A stretch of DNA of 64,000 bases, from the IMG/VR virus record IMGVR_UViG_3300045988_149498; one strand, given 5' to 3'. Positions 28,680-41,656 of the stretch are shown piece by piece. Positions within the stretch are counted from its first letter, which is position 1. Each line of letters opens with the position of its first letter. A program made the translations under genes and the position numbers. This DNA is from a virus. Its lineage: Duplodnaviria; Heunggongvirae; Uroviricota; Caudoviricetes. The notes beneath the pieces are model-generated. The model did not search any database and was not told the origin of the DNA. It was given only the letters and a program-made list of their open reading frames with translations.

Positions 28680-29468
28680 TTACTGTGCCGCTTTGTTTAA
28701 TTCATCAAGAACAGAATCAGGAACCAAAGCGGCAACTGCGCTGGCTGTGCTGGCCTTATTTGCTGATGCTTCCGCAAGCGCGGTACCGATAGCATGGTTA
28801 TAAGCAGTTATGGCTACGTTGGCGCTTTCATTCGCTCGTTCATACTGCTGTTGTAACGCAGTTGTGGGCGCTGTTGTCTGGTTGAAAACAACCCCAAACT
28901 GTTCAGTTGCTACTTTCAGAGATTCAATTTGCTCTTCTGTTAGTGCTGGTGGGGGAGTGGCAGTGCCGCCGCCTGAACCAGAGCCTGACGAGCTTCCTGA
29001 GCCAGTGTTAAGGGTCTGGTTAATCTCCCCCATAGCAGCGACTAAACTTGATGTATTAAGCGCGTTAACAGCGTCCTCAAGCGATTTAGTAATATTCACA
29101 TCACCAATGGCAATAGAGATCGGCAGTTCTGAAACTTCTCGCTCATTAGCACGGCAGTAAACATCCCAACCAATATCGAGTTGAAGCAGCATTGACAGAT
29201 CGGCATAACCAGCCAACAGGTCCGCGTGCTTAGTTGCCAGTTCTCCAATGTTCGTTAAGCCGGTTGTGGTTGTTCTGATCGTTGAAACATAGCTGGTAAT
29301 AGTGTCAGGATAGACAATTGTATCCAGAATTAATCCGGTCAATTCTTCTGCAAGCAGTTTTGCTGTGTTAGCACTGTTTCGTGCCGATGTTATGGCACCA
29401 GGTGTTTTCATCCCACCGGCGGCGGCCAATTTTTTATATGCGGATAACTGGTAGTCTTTTTCCAGCAT
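28680..29468 (-). CDS. Hypothetical protein with Gly/Ser-rich linker (upfB-like), ~262 aa
   Basis: Start refined to ATG preceded by TAGGAGAT; GSGSSSGSGSGGG linker. Confidence 0.4.
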   Translation of the reverse strand: MLEKDYQLSAYKKLAAAGGMKTPGAITSARNSANTAKLLAEELTGLILDTIVYPDTITSYVSTIRTTTTGLTNIGELATKHADLLAGYADLSMLLQLDIGWDVYCRANEREVSELPISIAIGDVNITKSLEDAVNALNTSSLVAAMGEINQTLNTGSGSSSGSGSGGGTATPPPALTEEQIESLKVATEQFGVVFNQTTAPTTALQQQYERANESANVAITAYNHAIGTALAEASANKASTASAVAALVPDSVLDELNKAAQ

Positions 29469-29476
29469 GATATCTC

Positions 29477-29761
29477 CTAACTTACCTGAACCAGGCCGTC
29501 TCCGGACGCTACGGTAGATCCGCATGAAACAGGGTCACCAACGCATACGATCCCTTTACCATTGACGGTAAACCATGCCCTGGTTGATATAGCTTGCCCA
29601 CCGTGCGTACTGTTTCCATCGGTATGCTGTGCATATTGCTTACCATCAACTAACACTTCGACTCCGTTGACTTTAAGTAGTGGTTCACTCTCTACAGGAG
29701 GCCTGGATGGGAATCCTCCGTGCCCCGAACAAATGCTGTCTTTTGTTGCAATACTTGCCAC
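29477..29761 (-). CDS. PAAR-like spike-tip protein, 94 aa
   Basis: CSGHGG...THGG...VCVGDPVSCGSTVASGDG resembles PAAR / T4 gp5.4-type spike-cap motifs. Confidence 0.5.
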   Translation of the reverse strand: MASIATKDSICSGHGGFPSRPPVESEPLLKVNGVEVLVDGKQYAQHTDGNSTHGGQAISTRAWFTVNGKGIVCVGDPVSCGSTVASGDGLVQVS

Positions 29762-29842
29762 GCCATCACCAATTATTTGCTCTGATTTTCGTTATTTTAA
29801 CTTAAGTTATTTGTGGGCTGTATGGCGTTTACTTATTACAAA

Positions 29843-29859
29843 ATTGCTCTAATAAATAT
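29843..29859 (+). promoter_or_regulatory. C1 operator upstream of the uhr-hrdC-dmt operon
   Basis: ATTGCTCTAATAAATAT, 16 of 17 matches to consensus. Confidence 0.55.
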
Positions 29860-29930
29860 TGTTTTTTGTGTCGTATTTTCGGTACCATTCAGCCATCGCC
29901 CTTCAATGGGCATTTGTTTGGAGTCGTCAG

Positions 29931-30215
29931 ATGCAGATGGAGCTAATAAGCCGCAAAGAGTTCGATAGCCGTGTAACCAGCGGTGAACTCGACAACTTGC
30001 AGGCTATCAAGGTGAAAGAAGGCTTTTGCCTCATTGGGAATCAGAGCGGAACAAATCGCGTTTTTATGCTTCGCCGTACGGATTTGAAGCCATTTGTCTG
30101 GAAGAACGAAATTGGTCCCAGCTCATACGCTCAAACGAGGGGGTGCCACAACCTGGCCTTTTTCTACAAAGACGAGCTTTCTGTGGTTGATATTCAAGGG
30201 TTACAACATGTTTAA
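29931..30215 (+). CDS. Small protein upstream of hrdC (uhr-like), ~94 aa
   Basis: Start refined to an internal ATG with GGAG upstream; stop overlaps the hrdC start. Confidence 0.4.
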   Translation: MQMELISRKEFDSRVTSGELDNLQAIKVKEGFCLIGNQSGTNRVFMLRRTDLKPFVWKNEIGPSSYAQTRGCHNLAFFYKDELSVVDIQGLQHV

Positions 30216-31113
30216 GCACTGGAAAAACATTACTATTTATAAACTTTCTCGTGAGGCGGATCTGACCGACTTAGAAGATAAAAAGAAAATGATCCTTTTC
30301 ACGCCATGCGGTAGTCAGGATATGGCCAAGTTCGGTTTTGTATCGCCATTTGGTGATAATTCCGAAGTTATCGCTATGCATGGAAATGGTTTTATCCTTG
30401 TTGAAGCAAAGCGCGAAACAAAAATTCTTCCCCCGCCGGTTATCCAGCGAGCTATTCAAGAAAAAATTGAAAAACTTGAGCAAGAACAAGCGCGTAAACT
30501 GAAGAAAACAGAGAAGGACTCCCTGAAAGACGAAGTTCTGCATTCTCTTCTTCCACGGGCTTTTTCAAAGTTTTCTGTTATCCAGGCGATCTACGACGGT
30601 TCAACTAAACGTATCTATATCAATGCCAGCGCGCGGCAGGCAGAAGATATGCTCGCGCTTATGCGTAAGTCTCTGGGTTCTCTTCCTGTTGTTCCCCTGA
30701 GTGTTGAAAATCCCATTGAATTAACGCTGACCGACTGGGTACGTGATGGTAGTGCTCCACAGGGATTTCAAATGGGGGATGCGGCAGAACTTAAGGCAGT
30801 GCTTGAGGATGGCGGTATTGCCCGAGTGAAAAAGCAGGATTTGGGAAGCGATGAAATTTCCACACACCTGGAAGCTGGCAAGCTCGTCACTAAGTTGGCA
30901 CTCGACTGGCAGAACCGCATTAAATTTACACTGGACCATAACTTCAGCCTTACCAGCGTCAAATTTGCGGATGAATTGCTTGAGCAGAACTCTGATATTG
31001 ATAGTGAAGATGTTGCGCAGCGACTGGACGCAGATTTCTTCCTGTTGACCAGTGAAATTTCGTGCCTGGTTGATGCTCTGGTAAATGCCCTTGGTGGAGA
31101 GGCTAAGCAGTGA
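30208..31113 (+). CDS. hrdC: RdgC homologue (recombination-associated protein), ~301 aa
   Basis: Start refined to Met39 of the [19 protein letters not shown]...[14 protein letters not shown]...[13 protein letters not shown]...LALDWQ aligns along its length with E. coli RdgC. Confidence 0.85.
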   Translation: MFKHWKNITIYKLSREADLTDLEDKKKMILFTPCGSQDMAKFGFVSPFGDNSEVIAMHGNGFILVEAKRETKILPPPVIQRAIQEKIEKLEQEQARKLKKTEKDSLKDEVLHSLLPRAFSKFSVIQAIYDGSTKRIYINASARQAEDMLALMRKSLGSLPVVPLSVENPIELTLTDWVRDGSAPQGFQMGDAAELKAVLEDGGIARVKKQDLGSDEISTHLEAGKLVTKLALDWQNRIKFTLDHNFSLTSVKFADELLEQNSDIDSEDVAQRLDADFFLLTSEISCLVDALVNALGGEAKQ

Positions 31114-33128
31114 AAGAGCTGTGCTATGGATCTGTTTGCAGTGGAATTGAAGCCGCGAGTATTGCCTGGGAACCGTTGGGTATGCGTCCGGCGTGGTTTG
31201 CTGAAATCGAGCCTTTTCCATCTGCCGTTCTTGCGCACCGCTGGCCCCATGTCGCCAACCTTGGCGACATGACAAAACTTGCCAAAAAAGTCTTGGCTGG
31301 GGAAATCGAATCCCCTGATGTGCTCGTTGGGGGAACACCTTGTCAGGCATTCAGTATCGCGGGATTAGGTGGTGGGCTTGATGATGAGCGTGGCGCGCTA
31401 ACTTTAAAGTATGTGGAGCTTGCAAATGCAATTGACGACAAACGGGCTGAGTCATTTCTCAAACCAGCAGTTATCGTCTGGGAAAATGTCCCAGGAGTCT
31501 TGTCATCGGCAGATAACGCCTTCGGATGTTTCCTTGCCGGATTGGCTGGAGAAGATGCGCCATTCGAACCAGGTGATCGACCTGAATCAGGAAAAAGTAA
31601 CGCGTTCTGGCGGTGGGATGTCAAAACCGGTTGCCATGCTCCAAAGTGGCCGCAGTGTGGTTGTATTTATGGACCGCAGCGAAAAGTGGCCTGGAGAATC
31701 CTTGATGCCCAATACTTCGGAGTGGCACAACGACGCCGACGCGTGTTTGTTGTCGCAAGTGCTCGAACAGACCTCGATCCCGCAACGGTACTTTTTGAGT
31801 TCGAAGGCGTGCGCCGGAATATTGCGCCGAGCAGAGGCGAGGGGAAGGAAACTACCAGATATACTTCAAACATCGCTATCAGAACTTGCGATGATACAAA
31901 CATAATTGCCATGGCACATGGGCAAGGAGGGGCTGAGATAAAAACCGATAATTCGGCACCAACTTTGACATGTAACCATGAAGCACCAATTGTATTGCTC
32001 GGCGACGGTAGAATGCGCCGTCTTACCCCTGTCGAATGTGAAAGGCTGCAAGGTTTTCCTGATGGACATACATTGATCCCTACGGAAAAGCGTAAAAAAG
32101 TTTCTTCAGATGAACTGGCATACCTTCGCAAAAACTATCCTGATTTGAGCGAAGAAGAGGCCGCGATGCTTGCAGCTGACGGACCGCGTTACAAAGCGAT
32201 CGGCAATAGTATGGCGATACCAGTAATGCGCTGGATTGGCGATCGGATTACCAAGGCTGCATGTCGGCAGAATGAAGGGAATGAAACAAAAGAGCGAAAA
32301 GTTAAACCAGCGGCAGAATTCGAACGGTCCATATTCAAATGGGCTGGTGGAAAATTTGGTGTTCTGGAACAAATCTTTCGCTATTTGCCAGAAGGGAAGC
32401 GCCTGATTGAACCTTTTGTCGGTGGCGGAGCTGTCTTCATGAATGCCGGATACAAGGAAAATCTGCTAAATGATGTGAATGCTGACCTGATTAACTTTTA
32501 CAAGACTTTGCAACGTGAGGAACGTTCACTTATCACTCTGGCGCATCGGTTTTTCCAGGACTACAACACACAGGAAGGATACCTGGCAGTACGGAATGCG
32601 TTTAACAAACAAGTCTATGATGATTTACATCGCGCAGCGGCGTTTTTGTTCCTGAACCGACATTGTTTTAACGGATTGACGCGTTACAACCAGGCCGGTG
32701 AGTTCAATGTCGGTTATGGGAAGTATAAAACTCCGTATTTCCCATTGCAGGAGATGGAAGCCTTCCTTGGTGCGGAAGGGCGTTCTGAGTTTGTATGTGG
32801 TGATTTTGCTGCGGTGATTGAAGCTGCCGGAGAAGGAGATGTCATTTTTTGCGATCCGCCATATGAACCGCTTCCAAATACAGAGGGATTCACGAACTAT
32901 TCCGGTCATGACTTTAAGTTTGAAGAGCAAAAACGCCTGGTGTCTCTGTTGACGGATGCTCATCGCCGAGGTGCAAAGGTTCTCATTACTAACAGTGGCG
33001 CGCCAAACATCAGAGAGCTTTATCATGACAATGGCTTCAGAGTGGAACCTCTTTTTGCCAGACGTTCTGTGTCTTGTAAGGGGGACACTCGAGGTGTTGC
33101 TCATGACGTTTTAGGTATATTGCTATAA
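31110..33128 (+). CDS. dmt: Bifunctional DNA methyltransferase: N-terminal C5-cytosine (Dcm-like), C-terminal N6-adenine (Dam-like), 672 aa
   Basis: GTG start with GGAGAGG Shine-Dalgarno site. C5 motifs GGTPCQAFS (PC) and VWENVPG (ENV); Dam motifs FKWAGGK and DPPYEPL. Confidence 0.85.
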   Translation: MKELCYGSVCSGIEAASIAWEPLGMRPAWFAEIEPFPSAVLAHRWPHVANLGDMTKLAKKVLAGEIESPDVLVGGTPCQAFSIAGLGGGLDDERGALTLKYVELANAIDDKRAESFLKPAVIVWENVPGVLSSADNAFGCFLAGLAGEDAPFEPGDRPESGKSNAFWRWDVKTGCHAPKWPQCGCIYGPQRKVAWRILDAQYFGVAQRRRRVFVVASARTDLDPATVLFEFEGVRRNIAPSRGEGKETTRYTSNIAIRTCDDTNIIAMAHGQGGAEIKTDNSAPTLTCNHEAPIVLLGDGRMRRLTPVECERLQGFPDGHTLIPTEKRKKVSSDELAYLRKNYPDLSEEEAAMLAADGPRYKAIGNSMAIPVMRWIGDRITKAACRQNEGNETKERKVKPAAEFERSIFKWAGGKFGVLEQIFRYLPEGKRLIEPFVGGGAVFMNAGYKENLLNDVNADLINFYKTLQREERSLITLAHRFFQDYNTQEGYLAVRNAFNKQVYDDLHRAAAFLFLNRHCFNGLTRYNQAGEFNVGYGKYKTPYFPLQEMEAFLGAEGRSEFVCGDFAAVIEAAGEGDVIFCDPPYEPLPNTEGFTNYSGHDFKFEEQKRLVSLLTDAHRRGAKVLITNSGAPNIRELYHDNGFRVEPLFARRSVSCKGDTRGVAHDVLGILL

Positions 33129-33148
33129 TAAATTTATTAGTGTAATAT
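33119..33148. promoter_or_regulatory. Bipartite C1 operator (Op72-like) ahead of the tRNA-ban operon
   Basis: ATTGCTATAATAAATTT overlapping an inverted weaker copy (AAATTTATTAGTGTAAT); overlaps the dmt stop codon. Confidence 0.55.
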
Positions 33149-33800
33149 CGCCTCAATGAATCGTGATTTATAGAGCGATTTAGCTGTTAGCCGCGACAGG
33201 CGCGGCGGTAAGCATGGCTGGGCCTAGTCCTCCCAGACAAACCACCGAGTTGCCAGGTTGACCATGCGCCTAAGTGGCAACGCCGAAGTGCGTTACGAGC
33301 TTCCAGTTTGCCCATCTTCGGGTGGGCGTTTTTTTCAGGGTTTTCGTCATGGTTAGCGACTTTGCGGCGGTTTAGAAACTGACCATTAAAGTAAATGCAA
33401 ACGATAATCTGATGATGGTAGCGGCCTAAGAAGCCAGACGCCACGGGGTATGAGTCGTCCCCCGTCAAAAAATCGACCACAGAGTGTCCCCGTCTGTGTA
33501 TTAGGGAACGGGGAGGCACAACAGGTAAGGGCGCTGGTGTGATTAACCAGATGAACGAGAAGGGGCCATCTGTTGGTCAGCGTCCTTTCCTGTTGCGTCT
33601 TCTTTTCAGCGTAACAGCGGTGCTTAACAGCACTTTGGGTACAGTTCCACGAATTTACGGGTATATCCCGTCATGCTGAAGGCGCTAATCACGCTGGAAG
33701 CCAGGGTTATGCATCCCCTGTTACCGAATTGCAGTCAGGGCGCGGTGCGCCGAAAAGCATACGGAGGTGGAAGCCCTCGCCGGAGACGTACCCGGCAAGT

Positions 33801-33876
33801 GATGGTGTAGCTCAGCGGTTAGAGCGGTTGACTGTTAATCAACGGGTCGATGGTTCAAATCCATCCACCATCGCCA
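33801..33876 (+). tRNA. tRNA-Asn (anticodon GTT)
   Basis: 76-nt cloverleaf: 7-bp acceptor stem GATGGTG/CACCATC, anticodon loop CTGTTAA, T-loop TTCAAAT, 3' CCA encoded. Confidence 0.85.
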
Positions 33877-33878
33877 AT

Positions 33879-33954
33879 GCCGGTTTAGCTCAGTTGGTAG
33901 AGCGCCTGCCTTGTAAGCAGGATGTCAGCGGTTCGAGTCCGTTAACCGGCACCA
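33879..33954 (+). tRNA. tRNA-Thr (anticodon TGT)
   Basis: 76-nt cloverleaf: acceptor GCCGGTT/AACCGGC, anticodon loop CTTGTAA, T-loop TTCGAGT, CCA encoded. Confidence 0.85.
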
Positions 33955-34666
33955 GCACAACAGGTAAGGGCATTCTCCCTTATGGGGCTTGGCTTAAATG
34001 CATCGAGTGCTCTTACCGTTGTGATGAAGTGCAGCTCTTTGAAGCAACCAGAAGATAAGCATCTGGCTTCACAACATAAACCGCAGGAACGACCAATAAA
34101 CGGTAGTCCGTATGGAGAACACCCCGTTGAGGAAGAGGCCTGGCCGGAACCGTAACCGGCACTACAACGTTGAGAACATTGGCGTAACGGGGTCATATCC
34201 CAATCTATGAATAAATGTCGCGAGGCAGCGTGACAACCAGTGTTCTCAACATTGTGGTGAATGCACAGGCTGATGTGCCGCAACTACAGTAGTGCGCGCT
34301 TTGCGGGGCTTGCTACAACCCTGTGTCGGAGTTCAGCACCGACCATCACAGTTTGATTCTCTGGCATGAGCATAACGCTGAAATAAGTCCAGTCTGGTGC
34401 GGTCTGATCACCCGCCGTTAGCTCCACGAAACGGAGCACGTAACAGGTAAGAGCATTCTCCTGTAACGGGTTCATATCCCAATCTACAGGTCCACCAAGA
34501 ATGCTCTTTCCGTTGCGGTGAATGCGGCTAAGCGCACGCGGGGAAATGGTTATATCTGTCCATTATTTCTCCTTGTTTCCCCGTCCACGGTAGATAACCA
34601 GCCAAAGGATACCGGGAGGCACCCGGCACCGCAGCTTTTTTATTCGTTAAATAATGGAGTGAGAGG

Positions 34667-34903
34667 ATGCAGAACAATCCGAACAAATGTCGAACGCTAT
34701 GGGTGCGGTTATATATTTATGCCGTCCTCTGTTTGATTGTGTCACTGGTTCTGTATGTTTGGCTTTTGCCAAATATGATCTCATCTAACAGCACAATACT
34801 TGTATTGTTGGGAGTCCTTCTCGCGCTCATTTACCCGGCTTTCGCAGTAGTCTTTTTTCGTGAAAAAACCAGGAAATTAATTAATGAAAAAAACGTTGAT
34901 TAG
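34667..34903 (+). CDS. Small membrane protein, 78 aa
   Basis: GAGAGG Shine-Dalgarno site; two hydrophobic helices; stop overlaps the start of the SPFH gene. Confidence 0.45.
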   Translation: MQNNPNKCRTLWVRLYIYAVLCLIVSLVLYVWLLPNMISSNSTILVLLGVLLALIYPAFAVVFFREKTRKLINEKNVD

Positions 34904-35711
34904 TGCAGCGATTATTTTGGGTTCTTTATGTCTGACCGGATGCGATCGGGTAGAGCCAGGTAACGTAGGGATCAAAGTAAATAAGCTGGGGGATGATAAA
35001 GGTATCGGTGAAGTAGTTGGCGTTGGTCGCTACTGGACAGGCTTGAATACTGAAGTTTATATCTTCCCGACCTTTAAGCAAATGAAGACATACGATGAGC
35101 CGTTCAGCTTCCAGATGAGCGACGGAACAACCATTGGTTACCACATCGGCGTAGCCTACAAGGTTGATCCAGCAAAAGTCACAACGGTATTTCAGACCTA
35201 TCGCAAAGGTGTAGATGATATTACTGATACCGATCTACGCCAGAAGGTTGCAGATGCTCTGAACCGGTTAGCCAGCAAAATGACCACCGACAAATTTATC
35301 GACGGTGGCAAATCTGAATTGCTTGATGCAGCCCTTAAAGACATTCAGGAAGAAATGACGCCAATCGGCATTCAGGTGATGAGCCTCTCTTATGTAGGTA
35401 AGCCAGAATACCCGCCAACAGTTATTGACAGTATTAACGCCAAAGTCACGGCAAACCAAAAAACCCTGCAACGCGAGCAAGAGGTCAAACAACGTGAAGC
35501 AGAGGCCAACATGCTGCGCGCGGAAGCTGCCGGACAGGCTGATGCTATTCGCACAAAAGCCCAGGCCGAAGCTGATGCCATTCGTTTACGTGGTGAAGCT
35601 CTGCGCCAGAACCCCGGTGTTATGGAGTTGGAAGCGATCAACAAATGGAACGGTACATTACCGCAGTATATGACCAGTAATACCGCTGTTCCGTTTGTTC
35701 CGGTGAAATAA
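34884..35711 (+). CDS. SPFH/band-7 (HflK/C-like) lipoprotein, 275 aa
   Basis: Signal peptide with lipobox LTGC; SPFH-like core; C-terminal Ala/Glu-rich coiled coil. Confidence 0.65.
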   Translation: MKKTLISAAIILGSLCLTGCDRVEPGNVGIKVNKLGDDKGIGEVVGVGRYWTGLNTEVYIFPTFKQMKTYDEPFSFQMSDGTTIGYHIGVAYKVDPAKVTTVFQTYRKGVDDITDTDLRQKVADALNRLASKMTTDKFIDGGKSELLDAALKDIQEEMTPIGIQVMSLSYVGKPEYPPTVIDSINAKVTANQKTLQREQEVKQREAEANMLRAEAAGQADAIRTKAQAEADAIRLRGEALRQNPGVMELEAINKWNGTLPQYMTSNTAVPFVPVK

Positions 35712-35738
35712 AAGTGTAAGCAAAATTGGCAGTAATCC

Positions 35739-35814
35739 GGCCCTTTAGCTCAGTGGTTAGAGCTGGCGACTCATAATCGCACGGTCACCGGTTCAAGTCC
35801 GGTAGGGGCCACCA
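35739..35814 (+). tRNA. tRNA with CAT anticodon (Met or lysidine-modified Ile)
   Basis: 76-nt cloverleaf: acceptor GGCCCTT/AGGGGCC, anticodon loop CTCATAA, T-loop TTCAAGT, CCA encoded. Confidence 0.8.
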
Positions 35815-36100
35815 CATTTGGTTGTAACACGGCGTCTGGCACATGCGTCGTTAGCGGTCTGGTGACGTTAAAAGGGGGGAACCTTGCCCCTAGCTCAGGC
35901 AACGAACCAGGTAGCCGGAATGTGCAAGCCACCGTTTGTTGTTTTTCGGGTAAAGGGATTCACCATCCTGGCGATTCGGTGTGACAGCCGGGAAGAGTCC
36001 GGCGCATTAATCCTGATTTTCTGGTGATGACTCATATCGTTAGGAGTGATTTGAGTATGCCGATTATATCTGACATTCAGCACACCAGGATGGAGTGTTA

Positions 36101-37465
36101 ATGTCTGCATCCCCTCTTGAATCCATGCCAAATTCCCTTAGTGCAGAACAAGCTGTGCTTGGTGGCTTAATGCTTGATAACTGCCGCTGGGATGAAGTTG
36201 CAGATCGTATAGTTGCTGATGATTTTTATACCAGTGCTCATCGTGAAATTTTCAGTGAGATGGAGAGGTTATTAAGTCATGGCAAACCGATTGATTTGAT
36301 AACACTTGCTGAAGCACTTGAACAGAACGGTAAATTAGAACGCGCCGGTGGTTTTGCGTACCTTGCGGAGATGTCAAAGAACACGCCCAGCGCGGCAAAT
36401 ATTTGTGCTTATGCGGATATCGTTCGTGAACGCGCGGTTGTTCGTGAAATGATTTCCGTCGCAAATGAAATAGCCGAAGCTGGATATGTGCAGGATGGCA
36501 GGGGCAGCAATGAATTGCTGGATATGGCCGAGCGCCGCGTTTTTGAAATAGCTGAAAAACGACAAAAGAGCGGTAGTGGTCCAAAAGATATCGCCAGCAT
36601 TCTCGATGCAACGGTATCTCGCATAGAAGAGTTGTTTCAGCGACCGCATGATGGTGTAACGGGGCTTGATACCGGATTTACCGATCTCAATAAGAAGACG
36701 GCAGGACTTCAGCCGTCCGATCTCATTATTGTCGCCGCCCGCCCATCGATGGGGAAGACCACGTTTGCGATGAATCTCGTCGAAAATGCCGCAGTTCGTA
36801 ACGATAAGCCCGTATTGGTTTTTAGCCTTGAGATGCCGAGCCACCAGCTGATGATGCGCTCACTGGCTTCTCTTGCACGCGTTGATCAGACTCGTATTAG
36901 AACGGGGCAACTTAACGATGATGATTGGGCGCGGGTTTCTGGCGCAATGGGTATTCTGTTGGACAAGCAGAATATTTTTATTGATGACTCAAGCGCCCTG
37001 ACGCCGACAGAGCTACGTTCCCGCGCTCGTCGTGTTTATAAAGAAAATGGTGGTTTGAGCATGATTATGATCGACTACCTGCAACTTATGCGCGTCCCCG
37101 AGCTGCAAGATAACCGAACGCTGGAAATTGCCGAGATTTCTCGCTCACTGAAGGCGTTGGCGAAGGAATTACAAGTACCGGTGGTGGCATTGTCACAACT
37201 TAATCGATCGCTTGAACAGCGTGCGGACAAACGACCGGTAAATTCAGATTTACGTGAATCAGGAGCAATTGAGCAGGACGCAGACCTGATTATGTTTCTG
37301 TATCGCGACGAAGTTTATCACCCGGATAGCGAAATGAAGGGCATTGCCGAGGTAATTATCGGAAAGCAACGAAATGGCCCAATTGGCACGGTGAGATTGG
37401 CTTTTAACGGCCAATACTCACGGTTTGATAACTATGCCGGTGCTGACTGGCAAGAGGATTATTAA
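36101..37465 (+). CDS. ban: Ban, DnaB-family replicative helicase, ~454 aa
   Basis: Start refined to ATG after AGGATGGAG. DnaB N-terminal motif SAEQAVLGGLMLDN and Walker A ARPSMGKTTFAMN. Confidence 0.9.
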   Translation: MSASPLESMPNSLSAEQAVLGGLMLDNCRWDEVADRIVADDFYTSAHREIFSEMERLLSHGKPIDLITLAEALEQNGKLERAGGFAYLAEMSKNTPSAANICAYADIVRERAVVREMISVANEIAEAGYVQDGRGSNELLDMAERRVFEIAEKRQKSGSGPKDIASILDATVSRIEELFQRPHDGVTGLDTGFTDLNKKTAGLQPSDLIIVAARPSMGKTTFAMNLVENAAVRNDKPVLVFSLEMPSHQLMMRSLASLARVDQTRIRTGQLNDDDWARVSGAMGILLDKQNIFIDDSSALTPTELRSRARRVYKENGGLSMIMIDYLQLMRVPELQDNRTLEIAEISRSLKALAKELQVPVVALSQLNRSLEQRADKRPVNSDLRESGAIEQDADLIMFLYRDEVYHPDSEMKGIAEVIIGKQRNGPIGTVRLAFNGQYSRFDNYAGADWQEDY

Positions 37466-38463
37466 TGCAATGGAATGAGGAAAAGCCGATGAACATCCTG
37501 ATCATTGGGCGAAAATTTGCAGCCATCAGTGATGTGAAAACATATACGGAAATGTGGTCTTATAACCTGGCCTGCGCCTTTAGTGAGGCAGGGGTAACAT
37601 TGCAATACCATCGTCCATATTCCCCTGGCGTCGAAAGCCCCGAGGATTATGTTGAAGCTGTGTTGACTGCTGCGACAGCATGTTCTGCGAAGGCCATTTT
37701 GGCACCAGGATTGAGGTATTTTACTACGGTACCCAGGGAAATAGGCATGCAACTGTGTCGCCGATTCTCTGGATGGGTAGCCCAGGTATATGACGGTTCT
37801 ATGCTGGATTCGGCACCAGTCGATATTACTTTTACTGTCCGCGATGATACCTGGCGGTACCTGGATAATCCCGGTCGGTTAGAACGTCATAATCGCTTTA
37901 ACAAACATGTTGGATGGGCAGCGAATCAGGAGCTGTTCCATCTGGAAACCAAAACAGACGATGTTCTGCGTATTTTTGTAGACCACGCTGCATTTGATGT
38001 TAGTGGTTTTGATCACTCCTTAAGTATCCTTATGAACCTTCAGCGTCTGACCGTTCCGTATGAGGCCAGAACGTTGACTGATGACGGATTGGTTACCATT
38101 GATCCGGGGAATATTTCGGTAACTCCATACAGGCGGACGCCGGTGCCAGCAACCGAATTTGCAGCTGAATTGCGTAAGAGTGACGTTTTTATCGTTACGC
38201 ATCCCGAAAGCCTTGGATTAACTGTTCTTGAGGCGGCAATGTGCGGGGCGTTGGTATTAACGCCTCCCGATTGCCTTCCGCCAGATCGCCTGGCTTTGGT
38301 GAACCATATGGTTATCAAGTCGCGGATTGATTGGGATGAGGTTATTGCTCGCGTTGATCGCGTGAAAAATGCTGAAAAGGTCCAGTGTCACACCTGGTCG
38401 GCAATTGCGGAAAAGATGCTTGAGACGTTTATCACGCAGAAACCGTCGTGCGGTAACGGATAA
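37465..38463 (+). CDS. Protein downstream of ban with GT-B glycosyltransferase-like C-terminal motif, 332 aa
   Basis: Translationally coupled to ban; C-terminal FIVTHPESLGLTVLEAAMCGALVLTP resembles the family-1 glycosyltransferase EX7E region. Tentative. Confidence 0.4.
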   Translation: MQWNEEKPMNILIIGRKFAAISDVKTYTEMWSYNLACAFSEAGVTLQYHRPYSPGVESPEDYVEAVLTAATACSAKAILAPGLRYFTTVPREIGMQLCRRFSGWVAQVYDGSMLDSAPVDITFTVRDDTWRYLDNPGRLERHNRFNKHVGWAANQELFHLETKTDDVLRIFVDHAAFDVSGFDHSLSILMNLQRLTVPYEARTLTDDGLVTIDPGNISVTPYRRTPVPATEFAAELRKSDVFIVTHPESLGLTVLEAAMCGALVLTPPDCLPPDRLALVNHMVIKSRIDWDEVIARVDRVKNAEKVQCHTWSAIAEKMLETFITQKPSCGNG

Positions 38464-38509
38464 AAAATTGAACCCGTCATAACAGAAAAGCCCGAACGCC
38501 GGGCTTTTC

Positions 38510-41656
<3,147 letters not shown>

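Noticed and set aside
33187-33519. 110-aa minus-strand ORF between dmt and the tRNA genes
   Set aside because: No Shine-Dalgarno site, Arg/His-rich low-complexity translation, and it lies antisense to the operator/leader region; more likely structured non-coding sequence.
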